Positions 41,046 through 56,300 of a DNA stretch of 64,000 nucleotides are shown piece by piece (position 1 is the stretch's first letter; each line of letters opens with the position of its first letter). The notes under the pieces were generated by a model. The model made no database searches, was not told the DNA's origin, and saw nothing but the letters and a program-made list of their open reading frames with translations. Source of the stretch: the human T2T-CHM13v2.0 reference genome, Homo sapiens. Both the position numbers and the translations under genes were made by a program. The stretch is from the NCBI RefSeq assembly GCF_009914755.1, contig NC_060934.1. One strand, given 5' to 3'.

Positions 41046-41926
41046 ATATGAAATTGACCAGTTAAGATTAAATTCACCCATTGGCTAAATTTCTACAAAA
41101 TAGACTTGGTAGAAATAGGTTTAAGTGCTTATGGTTTAAATAAAAGACTATTTTTTGGCTTATGTTTGAGTTTTTAGCTGTGAGTTTTATTGATACTTTT
41201 GGATGAAACTCCATTAGGCAGTCAAATGCACCTTTGGAAGCTTTTGGAGACAGAAATTTTCTGAGACTTGCTTTTTAACGATGAATGTAGCACTTAAGGT
41301 TTTTAAAATAAAGAGAAACAAAGAAAATGAACTCCTGGGGACATGTCCAGGGAATTGTTCAGCATACCGTAATCCTCATTTTTTCCTACATTACAGTCAA
41401 TCCATTAATGGGAACCCCTCTCCTTAGAACTTAGGTGAAAAAACTTGAAGCAGAAGGTACCACCTCATTTCCAAAAGTAGAAAAATGCAGGCTCTCCAAC
41501 AAAGAAGCCCGTGTAAGGAGGACACACTAAAGTTTGATCTTTGATTTAAGAAAAAGTAAATCAGTATCTATAAAGATTAAGAAGAAAGCCATTTTTAGAA
41601 GTAATGTTTCTTCTAAAATAACATTTTTTTTCTTTTTTGGAATACTATTCTGACCAGGCACAAAAAATGGACCTCAAATACTCAAAATAAACAGACTATG
41701 AAGTGGGAGTTATTTTCATCATTTTATAAATGAGAACTTTGGCAGCTTGGGATTATTAGTTAGTGGTAATAGCTATAGTTACTGGTTATTATTATTATCT
41801 AACTATTTATACCTGTGGTAAACGTGTCAACTTTCTCCAGAGTTACAAAACCAATATACCATTCAGATATAGAGATGCAGATAGAGATGCAATAGCCTAA
41901 CCAAGTTAACACATATAATTTACTAT

Positions 41927-42059
41927 CATAGCAACCATACAATTTATGGTCAAAATTGGGAAATTTGGGAGATAAAAATATTCTTCATTAATAATTATGC
42001 CAAGACTTTAGGTATAAGCAGACAACTTCTTGGGTAAATCAGAACTAGTGGTCATTCTA
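41927..42059 (+). mobile_element. MER94-like hAT-Blackjack MITE
   Basis: caaccatacaatttatggtcaaaattggga...attaataattatgccaagac...tggtcattcta; 133 bp; TIRs degraded, TSD not recognisable. Confidence 0.6.
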
Positions 42060-42367
42060 TTCATAGCTCAGACAAATAGTTTCCTTATCACCATACACAT
42101 TCTAACTATCCACCTTTCAATTTTTACCTCAAAACTCAATATATTTTAGAGTGTTCTAGGATAATAAAGCAAGTAGTATTTACATTTTCTTCTGTTGTAT
42201 ACACTGAGTAAGCTAGAAGTTAATTTGTATTTTATTTTTCAAGGAATCAAATGATAAAGTAATTTTTCACTGTCACCATACACCTGTCAGAGAAGACTGT
42301 TGTAGAGACCTCTAAATAATATGGTTGTCCAGATAAATTTTCTGGTAAATACCAGAAAATTATCTAG

Positions 42368-43245
42368 TTTTTTTTTTCCATACACAATAAGTGTACATAT
42401 TTATGGACTGCATGTGATACTTTCATAGATTGCATACAGTGTGTAATGACTGAATCAGGGTAATTGGGATCCATCACTTCAAACATTATTTGTCTTGGGA
42501 AGATATCAGATCTTCTCTACTAGCCACTTTGACATATACAATAAGTTACTGTTAACTATACTTACACTACCGTGCTGTTAAACACTACAATGTATTCTTG
42601 CTATCTAATTGCATTGTTGTACCCATTAAGCAACTTCTTTTCTTCCCCTCTTTCCTCCTACCCTTTCCAAACTCTGGTAACCCCCATTTTACTCTCTACA
42701 TCTATGAGATTAACTTTTTCATCTTCCACATATGAGTTAAAAAATGCAATATTTGTCTCTCTATGCCTGCCTTATTTTACTTAACAGAGTGTCCTCCATT
42801 TCATTTATGTTGTTGGAAATGACAGGATTTTATTCTTTTGTGGCTTATTTTCCATTGTGTATCTGTATCCTATTTTCTTATTAGTTTGTTAACGAATACT
42901 TAGGTTCACTCCTTGGCTAAGGAGCCGTATCTTGGCTATTGTGAATAGTGCTGCAATAGATAGGGTAGCGCAGATATCTCTTTTATATATTGACTTCCTT
43001 TCTTTTGGAAATATACCCAACATTGGGATTTCTGGATCATAAAGTATTTCTGTTTTTAGATTTTAGATTTTGAGGAAACTCCATACCCTTTTCCATAATG
43101 GCTGTAATAATTTACATTTCCAGCAATGCTGTACAGGAGTTCTCTTTGATCCACATCCTCATTACCAAAAAGCTGGTAAAACTGATAAATAAATTCAATA
43201 ATGTTGCAAGATACAAAATCAAATTGCAAAAATTAGTAACACTCT
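42368..43245 (-). mobile_element. L1MA (MA3-5-like) with 5' inversion
   Basis: Poly-T, then minus-strand 3' UTR/ORF2 to ~43160, then a plus-oriented ORF2 piece 43164-43245 (aaactgataaataaattcaataatgttgcaagatacaaaatcaa); flanked by tctggta at 42341 and 43243. Confidence 0.82.
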
Positions 43246-43720
43246 GGTATTTATTATTTAAAAATTTTTTAGATTATTTTTGTAATGTGTGCTCTACTAT
43301 GACTAAATAAATATAATTCTACATTTTAAACAATATTCATTAATATTTACCTTTCTGATAAGATATTTGATTGCATGAATTGTTTTAACTTTTTACTTTT
43401 TGTTGTAAGAACACTTAACATGAGCTGTACCCTTTTAACAGATTTTTAAGTGTCTCATACAATATTATTAATTATAGACAAATTATTGTACAACAGATTT
43501 CAAGAAATTCATTTTGCATAATTGAATTAAATCTTTATACCTATTTATTAGCAGCTCATTTTCCCTTCCTTCTGCTCCAGTAACAACCTATCTGCTTTCT
43601 CCTTCTATGAGTTTGACTACCTTAGATACCTCATCTAAGTAAATCAGGATTCCTTGTCCTCCTGTGACTAGCTTATTTTATTGAGTGTAATGTGCTCATG
43701 TTTTATCTATGTTGTTGTAT

Positions 43721-43778
43721 ATAGAAGGATTTTCTTTTTTTAAGGCTGAATAGAAGAATTTTCTTTTATTAAGGCTGA
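43721..43778. repeat. 29-bp tandem duplication within L1
   Basis: atagaag(g/a)attttctttt(t/a)ttaaggctga x2. Confidence 0.85.
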
Positions 43779-45355
43779 ATAATATTATATGTGTATACTT
43801 AATTTTTTATTCATTTGTGTGTCAATTGATATTTAGGTGGTTTCCATATCTTGGCTATTGTAAATAGTGCTTCAATTAGCATTGGAGTGCAAATATCTTT
43901 TTGGGACTCTGAGGGCAATTCTTTTTTTTTTTATAAATACCCAGAAGTGGAATTGCTGGGTTACATGGTGGTTCTATTTTTAATTTTGAGAAACCTCCGT
44001 ATGGTTTTCTGTAACAGATGTACTCTATTGCATTCCCACTAGTAGTGTACAAGGGTCTCAATTTCTCCACATCTTTTTTGACACCTGTCTTTTGATTTGT
44101 TGGTACTAGGGATTCTAACAGCTGCAAAGTGATAGCTTATTGTGTTTTTGACCTGTACTTCCCTAATTACTGGTGAGATTGAGCATCATTTCATATACTG
44201 CTTGGCCATTTGTGCATATTTTTTGAAGAAAAGTGTATTAAAATTTTTAGCCTGTTTTTTAACTTGGGTTGTTAATCTTTTTGCTATTGAGTTATACAAG
44301 TTATTTATGTGTTTGGAAATTAACTCTTTATCAGGTATATAGTATACAAATATTTTCTCCCATTCTGTAGGTTGCCTTTTCACTTTGTTAATTGTTTTAT
44401 TTGCTGTGAAGAAGCCTTTTAGTTTGATGCAGTCCCCCTACTTTTGCTTATGTTGCCTGTGCTTTTAGTGTCTTATTCATAAAATTATTACCGAGGCCAA
44501 TGTCATGAAGGTTTTTTCTGATGTTTTTATAATGTCTCTGATGTTTTCTTTAAAGAGCTTTACAGTTTCAGGTCTTATGTTTAAGTCCTTAATCCACTTT
44601 GAGTTGCTTTTATGTATGCTATAGGATAAGGGTAATTTTTTCTTTTGCTTGTGGATATCCAGTTTTCCTGGCTCCATTTGTTGAAGTGACTATCCTTTCT
44701 TCAGAATGGATACTTGGCAACCTTGTTGAAGACCAGTTTACTATATATGTGTGGATTTATTTCTAGGCTCTCTATTCTGTTCCACTGGTCTGTATGTCTG
44801 TGTTTATGCCAGGACCATATTGCTTTGATTACTGTAGCTTTGTAATATATTTTAAAATCAGGAAATGTGATATCTCCAGCTTTGTTCTTCATTCTCAAGA
44901 TTGTTTTGGCTATTGAGAATTCACTTGGATTCTACATAAGTTTGAAAATTATATTATTTCTATTACAATAAACATGGATATTTTTAGTAAATATCCACTG
45001 AATATAGATCTTCTTAGACTTTCTACACTTCATGATTCAGTCTAGGAAGGTTGTATGTTTCTAGGAAGTTACCACATCTTCTAGGTAATCTAATTTTTTG
45101 ACTTCTAGCACTCATATAGTTTCTAATGGTTCATTTTTTATTGCTATGGCATAAATTATAATATCTCCTCTTTCATATTTGATTTATTTAAGTCATCTCT
45201 TTTTTTTCTTAGTCTTGGTAATGGTTGGAAAATGTCTATTTTGTTTATGCTTTCAAGAACCAACTCCCTAATTTCACTGATACTGTTTTTCTATTTTCCA
45301 TTTTATTTTTTTCTGTATTTTTCAGTATTCCTCTCCTTCTACTAACTTTGGATTT

Positions 45356-47159
<1,804 letters not shown>

Positions 47160-48008
47160 TTTGGATTTGTTTTTAAGCGGTTCTTTGAAGGATAAAGTTA
47201 GGTTGTTTAAAATCTTTCCTCTTTTTTAAACATAGGCCTGTATCACTATAAACTTCCCACTTAGTACTGTGTTTTCGATATCTCATAAGTTTGAGTATGT
47301 TGTCTTTTTATTTTCATTTGTCTCAAGATAGTTCCTAATTTTCTTTTTTTAAATTTTGTGACCCACTTGTTGCTCAATTATGTTTTGTTTTATTTTCACA
47401 TGTTTGTGAATTTCCCAGGTTTTCTATTGCTTTGATTTTTAGTTTTATTGTATTGTGGTCAGAAAAGGCATTTGGTATCAATTACATCTTCTGGAATTTT
47501 TAAAGACATGTTTAGTTAAGACCTGTGATCTATCCTGGAGAATATTCTGTGCTTACTTGAGAAGAATGTATATTCTGTTGCTGTTGGATGTAGTGTTTTT
47601 TTTTTTTTTTTTTTTTTTAGGTCCATTAGGTCTATAATGTTGTTTGGTCTGCTGTTTCTTTATTGATTTTCCTGTCCAGATAGATGGTTTATTCATCATT
47701 GAAAATAGGGTATTTAAGTTTCATACTATTTTATTGCTATGTAATTCTCTATTCAGTTTTTTAATGTTGGCTTTGTATATTCAGGTCCTCTGATATTGGG
47801 TAAAAATATATTTATAATTATTATATCTAACTGGAAAATTGACCTTTTTATTATTATATAATGTCATTTGTCTTTTGTGACAGATTTTCACTTAAAATAT
47901 ATATATTTTTAAGTACAGCCAACGCTGCTGTCTGTTACAATTTGAACGGAATATCTTTTTTCATCCCTTCACTTCTATATGTCATTAAATTTAAAGTGAG
48001 TCTCTTGT

Positions 48009-48390
48009 TGATATAGTATAGCTCTGTGTCCCCACCCAAATCTCATGTTGAATTAGAATTCCCAACTTTGGGGGAGGGACCTGATGGGAGGTGATTGGAC
48101 CATGGGGACAGATTTCCCCCTTGCTGTTCTCATGATAGTGGGTGAGTTCTCATGAGATCTGGTTGTTTAAATGTATAAAGCACTTCACTCTTTCTCTCTC
48201 TCTCCTGCTCTGCCATGGTAAGAAGTGCTTGCTTCCCCTTTGCCTTCTGTCGTGATTGTAAGTTTCCTGAGGCCTCCCAGCCATGATTTCTGTATGGTCT
48301 GCAGAACTGTGAGTCAATTAAACCTCTTTTCTTCATAAATTACCCAGTCTCAGGTAGTTCTTTATAGCAGTGTGAGAACAGTCTAATACA
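48009..48390 (+). mobile_element. MSTA (or THE1D-like) solo LTR
   Basis: tgatatagtatagctctgtgtccccacccaaatctcatgttg...ctaataca; perfect TSD cttgt at 48004-48008 and 48391-48395. Confidence 0.92.
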
Positions 48391-50017
48391 CTTGTAGACA
48401 GCATATATTTGAATCTTGTTTTGTTTATGTTAAGCCACTCTTAGCTCCTTTGAAAGAGTTTAATCCATTTACATTTAAAGTAATTATTGATAGAAAAGGA
48501 CTTAACTACTGCAATTTTGTTTATCATTTTCTGGGTGTTGTCTAATTTTTTGTACCTATTTCTCTTTTACTGTCTTTCTCTGTATTTTATTATTTTTTAT
48601 TACTATGCAGTGATCCCTTTATCGTTTTTTATGTTGTCAGTCTTTTTCTTTGGATAGTTTTTGTGGTTACTATCGGACTTACATAAACCAACTTATAAGA
48701 GTCCGTTATAAGCTGATAAAAATTTTTTTCACATACCAAAATTCTACATTTCTACTTCCTCTCCCCTAACACTTTGTTATTGATGTTACTATTTGCAGCT
48801 TTTGTACTGTGCTTTCATTAACATATTTTATAGTTACATTTATTTATCTTTATGTTATGTTTATGTAGTCATGCCTTTGTATCTTTTATACTAGAATTAA
48901 AAATGATTTTCTCATCAACATTACAGTATTACACTATTGTGTATGTTGGTATTTACCTATACCAGTCATTTCATATTACTGTTTAGCATCAGTTTCTTTC
49001 AACTTGAAGAACTCTTTAGCTTTTCTCATAAGCCAGGACTACTGCTGTTGAACACCCTCAAAATTTGTTTCACAAGGAGTTTTTATTACTTACTTTTTTT
49101 TGAAGAAAATTTTGCCAGATATAGTATTTTTGTTTGACAGTTATTTATTTATATCTCATTAGAGTTTTGAAAATATCATCGCACTTCCTTCTGGCATGCA
49201 TTGTTTCTACTGAGACATCTACTGATAGTCTTACAGATTTCCCTTATATGTGAAAATCACTTTTCACTTACTGCTTTCAAAATTCTCCTTTTGTCTTTGA
49301 CTTTTGCCAATTTGATTATAAGTTTTCTAGGTATGGATTTTTTTTGGATTTTCCTTATTTGGGGCTTGGTAAGCTTCTAGACATGGATGTCCATTTTCTT
49401 CCTCAGATTTTGAAAGTTTTCATCTATCACATTTTTAATATTCTTTCCTCCCCTTTATCTCTCTCTTCTTTTGGGATTTCCATAAGGCAAGTATTTGTCT
49501 ACTTGGAATTAAATTTGTGGTTTTTAAATATTTGTTTGAATTTTCAGTGTTTGCTGAGATAAATAACTCCATATTTTTAAAGACAAGGGAGTGGGTGTGT
49601 GATGAAAGATATAATGTAGGGATGGAAAGACTAGTTAGCAGTCTTTGGTGAATAATGGTCATAATAAAATGATTGTTGAAAATGATAATTTTGTGGAATA
49701 TTTACAAGTGGTATATTTTTCTCATGCAAAAATCTCTGCAGGGCAAGGGCTGCATTGAGCAGAACAGAACTATAATTACTAACGTGATGGATAAATCAAA
49801 GCTTCTTGGGGCAAGTTTCTATGGCTGATAGTGACAACTTGTGCCTTGGATTTGGGTTGGGTTCCTTCTCCTTAAGTGAAGTGATCTGTGGGAGGCTGCA
49901 TATTTTCTAAACATCTTTCTGATTGCATACTTGCTAAGGAATTTTATTCTCTTCTATGATAATTCTATATTTGCACTAATATAATTAGCTATTCTATGAA
50001 TTACCTTACCCATCCCT

Positions 50018-52040
50018 TACAGTAAACTAGGAATAGAAGGTAACATCTTCAATGTGGTAAAAAATATTTACAAAAATACTATAGCTAACATTATGCTTAA
50101 TGGCAAGAAACTATCATTAGAAACAAGGTAAGGATGTCTCCTCTCATCACTTCTTTTCAACATCATACTGGAAATCCTAGCTAATGGAATAAAATAAAAT
50201 AAGATACTGACATGGAAAAAAGAAACAAAACTGTCTTTGTCCACAGATGACATAATTTTAATATAGAAAATCCAAAAGAGTCAACAAAGGACATCTTGAA
50301 AGAAATAACCCTAGGGTAAATATACAAAAGTCACTTGCTTTTCCATATAGCAGCAATAAAAAAGTGGAATTTGAAATCAGAAAGCAAAATAATTTACATT
50401 AGCACCAAAAATTATCATACTTAAGTAAAAAATTTTTAAAAGTACAAGATTTTTATGAAGAAAACTAAAAAATGCTAATAAAAAATTAAAGAATAATAAT
50501 ATAAATGGAGAGTTTTCCATGCTCATGAATAGAAAGATTCAATACTATCAAGATGCAGTTCTTGCCCTATAGATTTAACACAATCACAATCACAATACTA
50601 AGGTTTGTTTTATTTATTTTTATTTTTGTTGATATTAACAACTTGATTTTAGGTTATACAGAGATAAAAAAGACTCAAAACATGTAACATAATTTTGAAG
50701 GAAAAAAAAGTTGGAAGACTGATACTATCCAAATTTAAAACTTATAATAAAGTTAGCACAGGACAAACGAATATACAAATAGATTAATGAAACAAAATAG
50801 TCCCAAAATAGATCCATATGAATATAGTCAACTGATTTTTCACAACTAAGCAATGATAGTACAATGAAGAAAAGATAGTCTTTCCTACAAATAGTGCTGG
50901 AAATCTTTATGCAAAAAAAAAAAACATGGAATCTGGATAAAGACTGTATTCTTCACACAAAAAAATAAGTCAAAATGGATTATAGAAGTAGACAAAAAAT
51001 TCATTAAAATGAAAAATTTATCTCAGGAGAATGAAAGAACAAGCCCCAGATTGAGAAAACAATTGCAAAGTAACAACTCATTTAAGAACCTTTATCCAAA
51101 ATAGACAAATAACTCGAGACTCAACAGTAAGAAAATGAACAACTTGATTAAAAAGTAGGCCAAGACCTTAACGGACACCTCACTAAAGAAGATAAACAGA
51201 TGGCAAGTAAACATATGAAAAACATATGAAAAGATATTTTACATCATGTCATCATAGAAATATAAATTAAAATAATGAGATACCACCACACAATAATTAA
51301 AATGGACAAATCCAGAACCTTGACAACACTCTGACCATATGATTAAGCAATTATAGTTTTTGGTATTTACCAAAATGAGTTGAAAACTTTTGTCTACACA
51401 AAAACTGCACACAGGTATTTACAGCACCCTTATTCTTAATTGCCACAACTTGGAAGCAATCAAGATGGCTGAACTCAGCAATCAATATGAAGGACTCAGT
51501 AGGTTAGTGGATAAATAGATTGTTATACATTCAGACAATGGACTGTTGTTCAGCAATAAAAAGAGATAAAGTGTCAAGCCATGAAAAGGCATGGAAGAAT
51601 CTTAAATGTATACTATTAATAAAAGAAGCCAGTCTTAAAACTATATATACTGTATGCTTCCAACTATATCACATTCTGCAAAAGGCAAAACTCTGGGGAC
51701 AATAAAAAGATCGGTGACTGCCAGGAGTTAGGGGACAGGGAAGGATAAATAGGAAGAGCACAGAAGATGCTTAGGCTGGTGAAACTTCTGTATGATAGAG
51801 TTATAGGAGACACATGTGATTTGAAATTTGTCCAAAGCCATGGAATACATTTGTTCAAAGCCAAGAGCGAACCTGAATATAAACCATGGCCTTTGGGTAA
51901 TAATAATCTGTCAATGCAGTTTCATCAATTTTAACACATGTACCACTTTGGAGGATAATGTTGATAGTGGTGTAGGCTATGCAAGTGTGGTGGCAGGAGG
52001 TTTATGGTAAATCTAAATAAAGTCTATTTTATTTAAAAAG
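50018..52040 (+). mobile_element. L1MC1-like, 5'-truncated
   Basis: cagtaaactaggaatagaagg...ttcaacatcatactggaaatcctagctaatg; 3' UTR ctttgggtaataataatctgtcaatgcag...aataaagtctatt. Confidence 0.88.
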
Positions 52041-52085
52041 CATAATTTCTACTCAGTTTTAAGGAACTTACCCTTTCTCATCATC

Positions 52086-52418
52086 TATGAAGGTTAATAT
52101 TGAAGGTCAAGTTGATTGGATTGAAGGATGTAAAGTATTGATCCTGGGTGTGTCTGTGAGAGTATTGCCAAAGGATATTACCATTTGAGGCAGTTGGCTG
52201 GGTAAGGCAGACCCACCCTTAATCTGGGTGAGCACCATCTAATCAGCTGCCAGCAAATATAAAGCAGGCAAAAAAAAAAAAAAAAAAATGTGAAAAGGCT
52301 GGACTGGCCTAGCCTCCCAGCCTACACCTTCTCCCATGCTGGATGCTTCCTGCCCTTGAACATAGGACACAAAATTCTTCAGTTTGGGACTCGGACTGGC
52401 TCTCCTTTCTCCTCAGCT
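52086..52418 (+). mobile_element. MLT2A1-like (HERV-L) LTR, 3'-truncated
   Basis: ggttaatattga...ttgattggattgaaggatgtaaagtattgatcctgggtgtgtctgtgag...aatctgggtgagcaccatctaatcagctgccagc; A19 run at 52270-52288. Confidence 0.9.
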
Positions 52419-52430
52419 CTCCTTTCTCCT

Positions 52431-54114
52431 CAGGCCCAGAGCCTGTGGAGGACAGAATGATTTTTGTGGACCCGGCCAGGGTTCCATTGCTCTGTTCAGC
52501 CTTGGGATGTTGCTCCCTTCATCTAGGCTGCTCCAGCTCCAGCCTTGGCTCAAAAGACTCAAGGTACAGCTCAGGTTGCAACTCTGAATGATGTAAGCCA
52601 TAAGCCTTGGTGGCTTTGATGTAGTATTAAAGCTGCAGGTTCTCAGAGTAGAGGAGGCATGACAGCTTCCACCTAGATTTCAGGGGATGTATGATATGGT
52701 TTGGCTCTGTGTCCTCACCCAAATCTCATGTCGAACTGTACTTTCCAATGTTTGGGGAGCAAGCTGGTGGGAGATTACTGGCTCATGGGGGTGAATTTCC
52801 CCCCTTGCCGTCCACATGATAGTGAGTTCTCATGAGATCTGATGGTTTAAAAGTGTGTGGCACTTCCACCCTTGCTCTCTGTCTCCTGCTGCCATGTGAA
52901 GAACGTGCTTACTTCCTTTTTGACTTCTGGCATGATTTTAAGTTACCCAAGGCCTCCCAGTCATGCCTCCTGCTAAGCCTGCAGAACTGTGAGTCACTTA
53001 AACCTCTTTTCTTCATAAATTACCCAGGCTTGGGTAGTTCTTTTTAGCAGCGTGAGAATGAACTAATACATTGTATGAGATAGCCTGGGTGCCTGGGCAG
53101 AGCCCCTGCAGAGAGCCTCTACTAGGCAGAGTCAAGGGGGAATTGTGGGGTTGAAGCCTTCCCACAGAGTTCTCACTCAACAACTGCCTAAAGGAGCTAT
53201 GGGAACAGGGTCATTGTGTTTTAGAATCCAAAATGGTAGGTAGATCGACTGGGAGGCTTCATCCCTGAGCTTAGAAAAGTGGCAGACTCTCAATTCCAAC
53301 CCATAAGAACAGCTACCTAAACTGTGCCTAGGAAAGTCCACCGTGGTGGGGCTGTGCAAGGCCTTGGGCGCCCACCCCTCATACAGGGATGCTAGACATA
53401 GAGTCAAAGGAGATTATTTTAGAACTCTAAGATTTAATGACTGCCCTGTGGGGTTTCAGTCTTGTGTGGGGCCTGTAGCCCCTTCCTTTTGGACACTTCC
53501 TCTCTCTTGGAGTGGGCATGTTTACCTAATTCCGGTGCTCCTATTGTATCTTAGAAGTAAATAATTGATTTTTATTTTATGGGCTCAAAGGTGGAAGGAG
53601 AGAAGTCTCAGATGAGACTTAAAAGACTTTCGACTTAATGCTGGAATGAGTTAAGACGTTGGGAGACTGTTAGGAAGAGATGATCATATTTTGCAGTGTG
53701 AGAAGGATATGAAACTTGGGGGTTCAGGGATGAAGTAATATAGTTTGGATATTTGTCCGCTCCAAATCTCATATTAAAATGCAATTCCCAGTGTTGGAGA
53801 TGGGGCCTGATGGGACATGCTTCTATCATGGGGGCACATCACTCATGAATGGCTTAGCGCCACGTCCTTGGTGAAGAGTGAGTTCACACAAGGTCTGGTT
53901 GTCTAAAAGTGCTCTCGCTCTTGCCATGTGAGATACATGCTCCTCCTTTGCCTTCTACCATGATTGTAAGCTTCCTGGGGCCTCTCCTGAAGTCGATGCC
54001 AGTACTACACTTCTTGTACTGTCTGCAGAACTGTGAGCCAATGAAACTTCTTTTCTTTATAAATTATCCAGCCTCAGGTATTTCAGTACAGCAACACAAT
54101 AATGGCCCAATTTA
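52431..54114 (+). mobile_element. MSTB-like internal 3' part plus 3' LTR (53736-54114); 5' LTR missing
   Basis: caggcccagagcctgtggagg...gagtcaaaggagattattttagaactctaagatttaatgactgccc, homologous to the THE1B internal region in this window; LTR starts taatatagtttggatatttgtcc. Confidence 0.85.
52692..53070 (+). mobile_element. MSTA solo LTR nested in MST internal sequence
   Basis: tgatatggtttggctctgtgtcctcacccaaatctcatg...aactaataca; TSD atgta/ttgta (4/5). Confidence 0.9.
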
Positions 54115-54570
54115 GCTAGTAAGACATTATTCCTGAGTTTGTCTGTGAGGGTTTCTGTATCAGGTTAGTATTAATTGGTGAACTGAGCAGAGCGGATGGG
54201 CTTCCCAATATGGGTCTGCATCATGCAATTTGTTCAGGGCTAGAATAGAGCAAAAACAAAAATAAAGGAGGAGCGAGTTGTTCTTTCTGCTTGTGCTGAC
54301 ATCATCTTCTTGACTTCAGTGCTTCTGATTCCCAAGCTTTTGGACTCAGATGGATACTTACACAACTGGTCCTCCGATTCTCAGGACTTTGGACTTGGGC
54401 TTATTTATACTACCAGCTTATTGGTTTTCTAGCTTGCAGATGGGAAATTGTGGGACTTAGTCTCCATAACTTCATCAGCCAATTCACATAATCAGTATTC
54501 ATATGTGTATGTATCTATATCTATATATCTCCTATTGGTTCTGTTTCTCTGGAAAACCCTGACTAATTCA
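54115..54570 (+). mobile_element. MLT2B-like (ERVL) LTR lacking its first ~50-60 bp
   Basis: acattattcctgagtttgtctgtgaggg...agcttgcagatgggaaattgtgggactt...cctattggttctgtttctctggaaaaccctgactaattca. Confidence 0.85.
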
Positions 54571-56175
54571 GAGGTATGTAGTACATGGCCAAGGAATATT
54601 GGAGGAATTAATTAATAAAAGCCTATATTCATAAATTATAGTAACTACACATGATACAAAGCCATAAGTGTTTTAATTAATGTGATATCATCTTTGAAAA
54701 ATACAGCTCTCTCTTTTTTTTAGGTAGAGCTTATAATTGTAACATTTACTAGACAAATTTAATTTCCTAATCATTAATCATTTCGTTAATCAATCAAACT
54801 TTGTTATTACCGTGAGTGGTTTCTTTTCTCATCTACTTTCTCCAGCTTTCTGGCATTAGGACCATGACTGCAATAGTCACTTTTTTGATCCCCATATTTA
54901 TGCAAATGCAGTTTTTATTGCTCTCTCATCCCATCTCAATCAGATTTCTTCCACAAGCCCAAATATAATTGGAATCCTTATGAACAATTTAGAAATTCTA
55001 AGCTTATACTTGTGAGCGTCTGGCTTTTTCCACACACATCCCAATTTGCTCTGCCTTTGCATAGCTGTCAAATATTTAGACTACCCATGGAAGCATGCTG
55101 TAACTGCTTGTTGAGGAAAGAAAGGAGGAGGGTCTGAATTTTTTAAAGGTTTTTATGTAAGGGTTATCTCTATCCAGCCTATCTTCACCCTTTTTTTTTT
55201 TTTCAAATAATACACTTTTTCTCTGTTTTTCTAGAATGAAAATAATAATATATTAAACAGAATATATTGCTATAAACAATAATGTTGGAGAAGGCAGAAT
55301 ACATGGGTTTTGATTTTCCTCTCTACTTATTATTTCTATATGCATTAAGTGTTTCACTTCATCTTTATGGACTTGAGTTATCACTTCTGCAAAATGTTAT
55401 ATTACTTGTCTTAAACAAGAGATGGATACTAGAATGTATCTTGAGTAGCCACTTAGCTCCTGGATCTATAATCTTAGCTCAGCAGAAGGTTGTTGTAGCA
55501 AAATAGAGTTACTCCTGAAAACATGAATTACCAACACTTACATACATTTAGAATTTATACAATCAAATTCTATAAATTTGATTTTATAGAAACATCACTG
55601 AAACATCAAAACAGATATTACTTTTCATAGGAGAAGGATCGTAAAGAAAGGGCATTTGTACATGTTTCCACTCTACATCCATCCAGCCCTGTCAGTCCAT
55701 TCCATAGTTCTCTATTTAATAATGGTTACCATGGAAAATAATATTTTAAAACTTTAACAAAGACATGTATATTAAATTATTCAGTTTTCAGATTTACTTT
55801 TTTCCCAAATTACACATTCTCTTGCATAAATAATACATTGAAAACAGCAAGTGAATTTTCAACTATTTTACTCTCTGCTTTTAACGGTGCCTCAAATAAT
55901 TGTGAAATACAGATCTCAGAGCTAGAGGGGAGTCTCCAGAGACCTGTTCCTTCCAGGTGACTGTTTGATTTAAGCTTGCAGCAGTTCTAACGGATGCCAG
56001 TGTCTAATGACTGGTGGCCTCTTGAAAAGTTGTGAGTTGCGGTTTTTATTCCATCCTCTGAAAAATAGTCAATAGATGCAGAATTGAGCAATATTTGTTA
56101 CTATTTCAAGGAAAAGACCAACTGGAAATGGATTAGAGGAGGATAAAAACGTCAGGCATTTTAACTTTACATTTC

Positions 56176-56300
56176 ACAGCATGGCTTTGGAGAACCAGCA
56201 AAGCACAGGATTCATTAGACCTGGATTCAAGTACTGGCTGTGTCAATAATTACCAGTGTGACTTTGAACTTTAATTTCCACCTCCTAATAAATGAGTTGA
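56176..56300 (+). mobile_element. MIR fragment
   Basis: acagcatggc...aagcacagga...agacctggattcaagtactggctgtgtca...gtgtgactttga. Confidence 0.65.
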
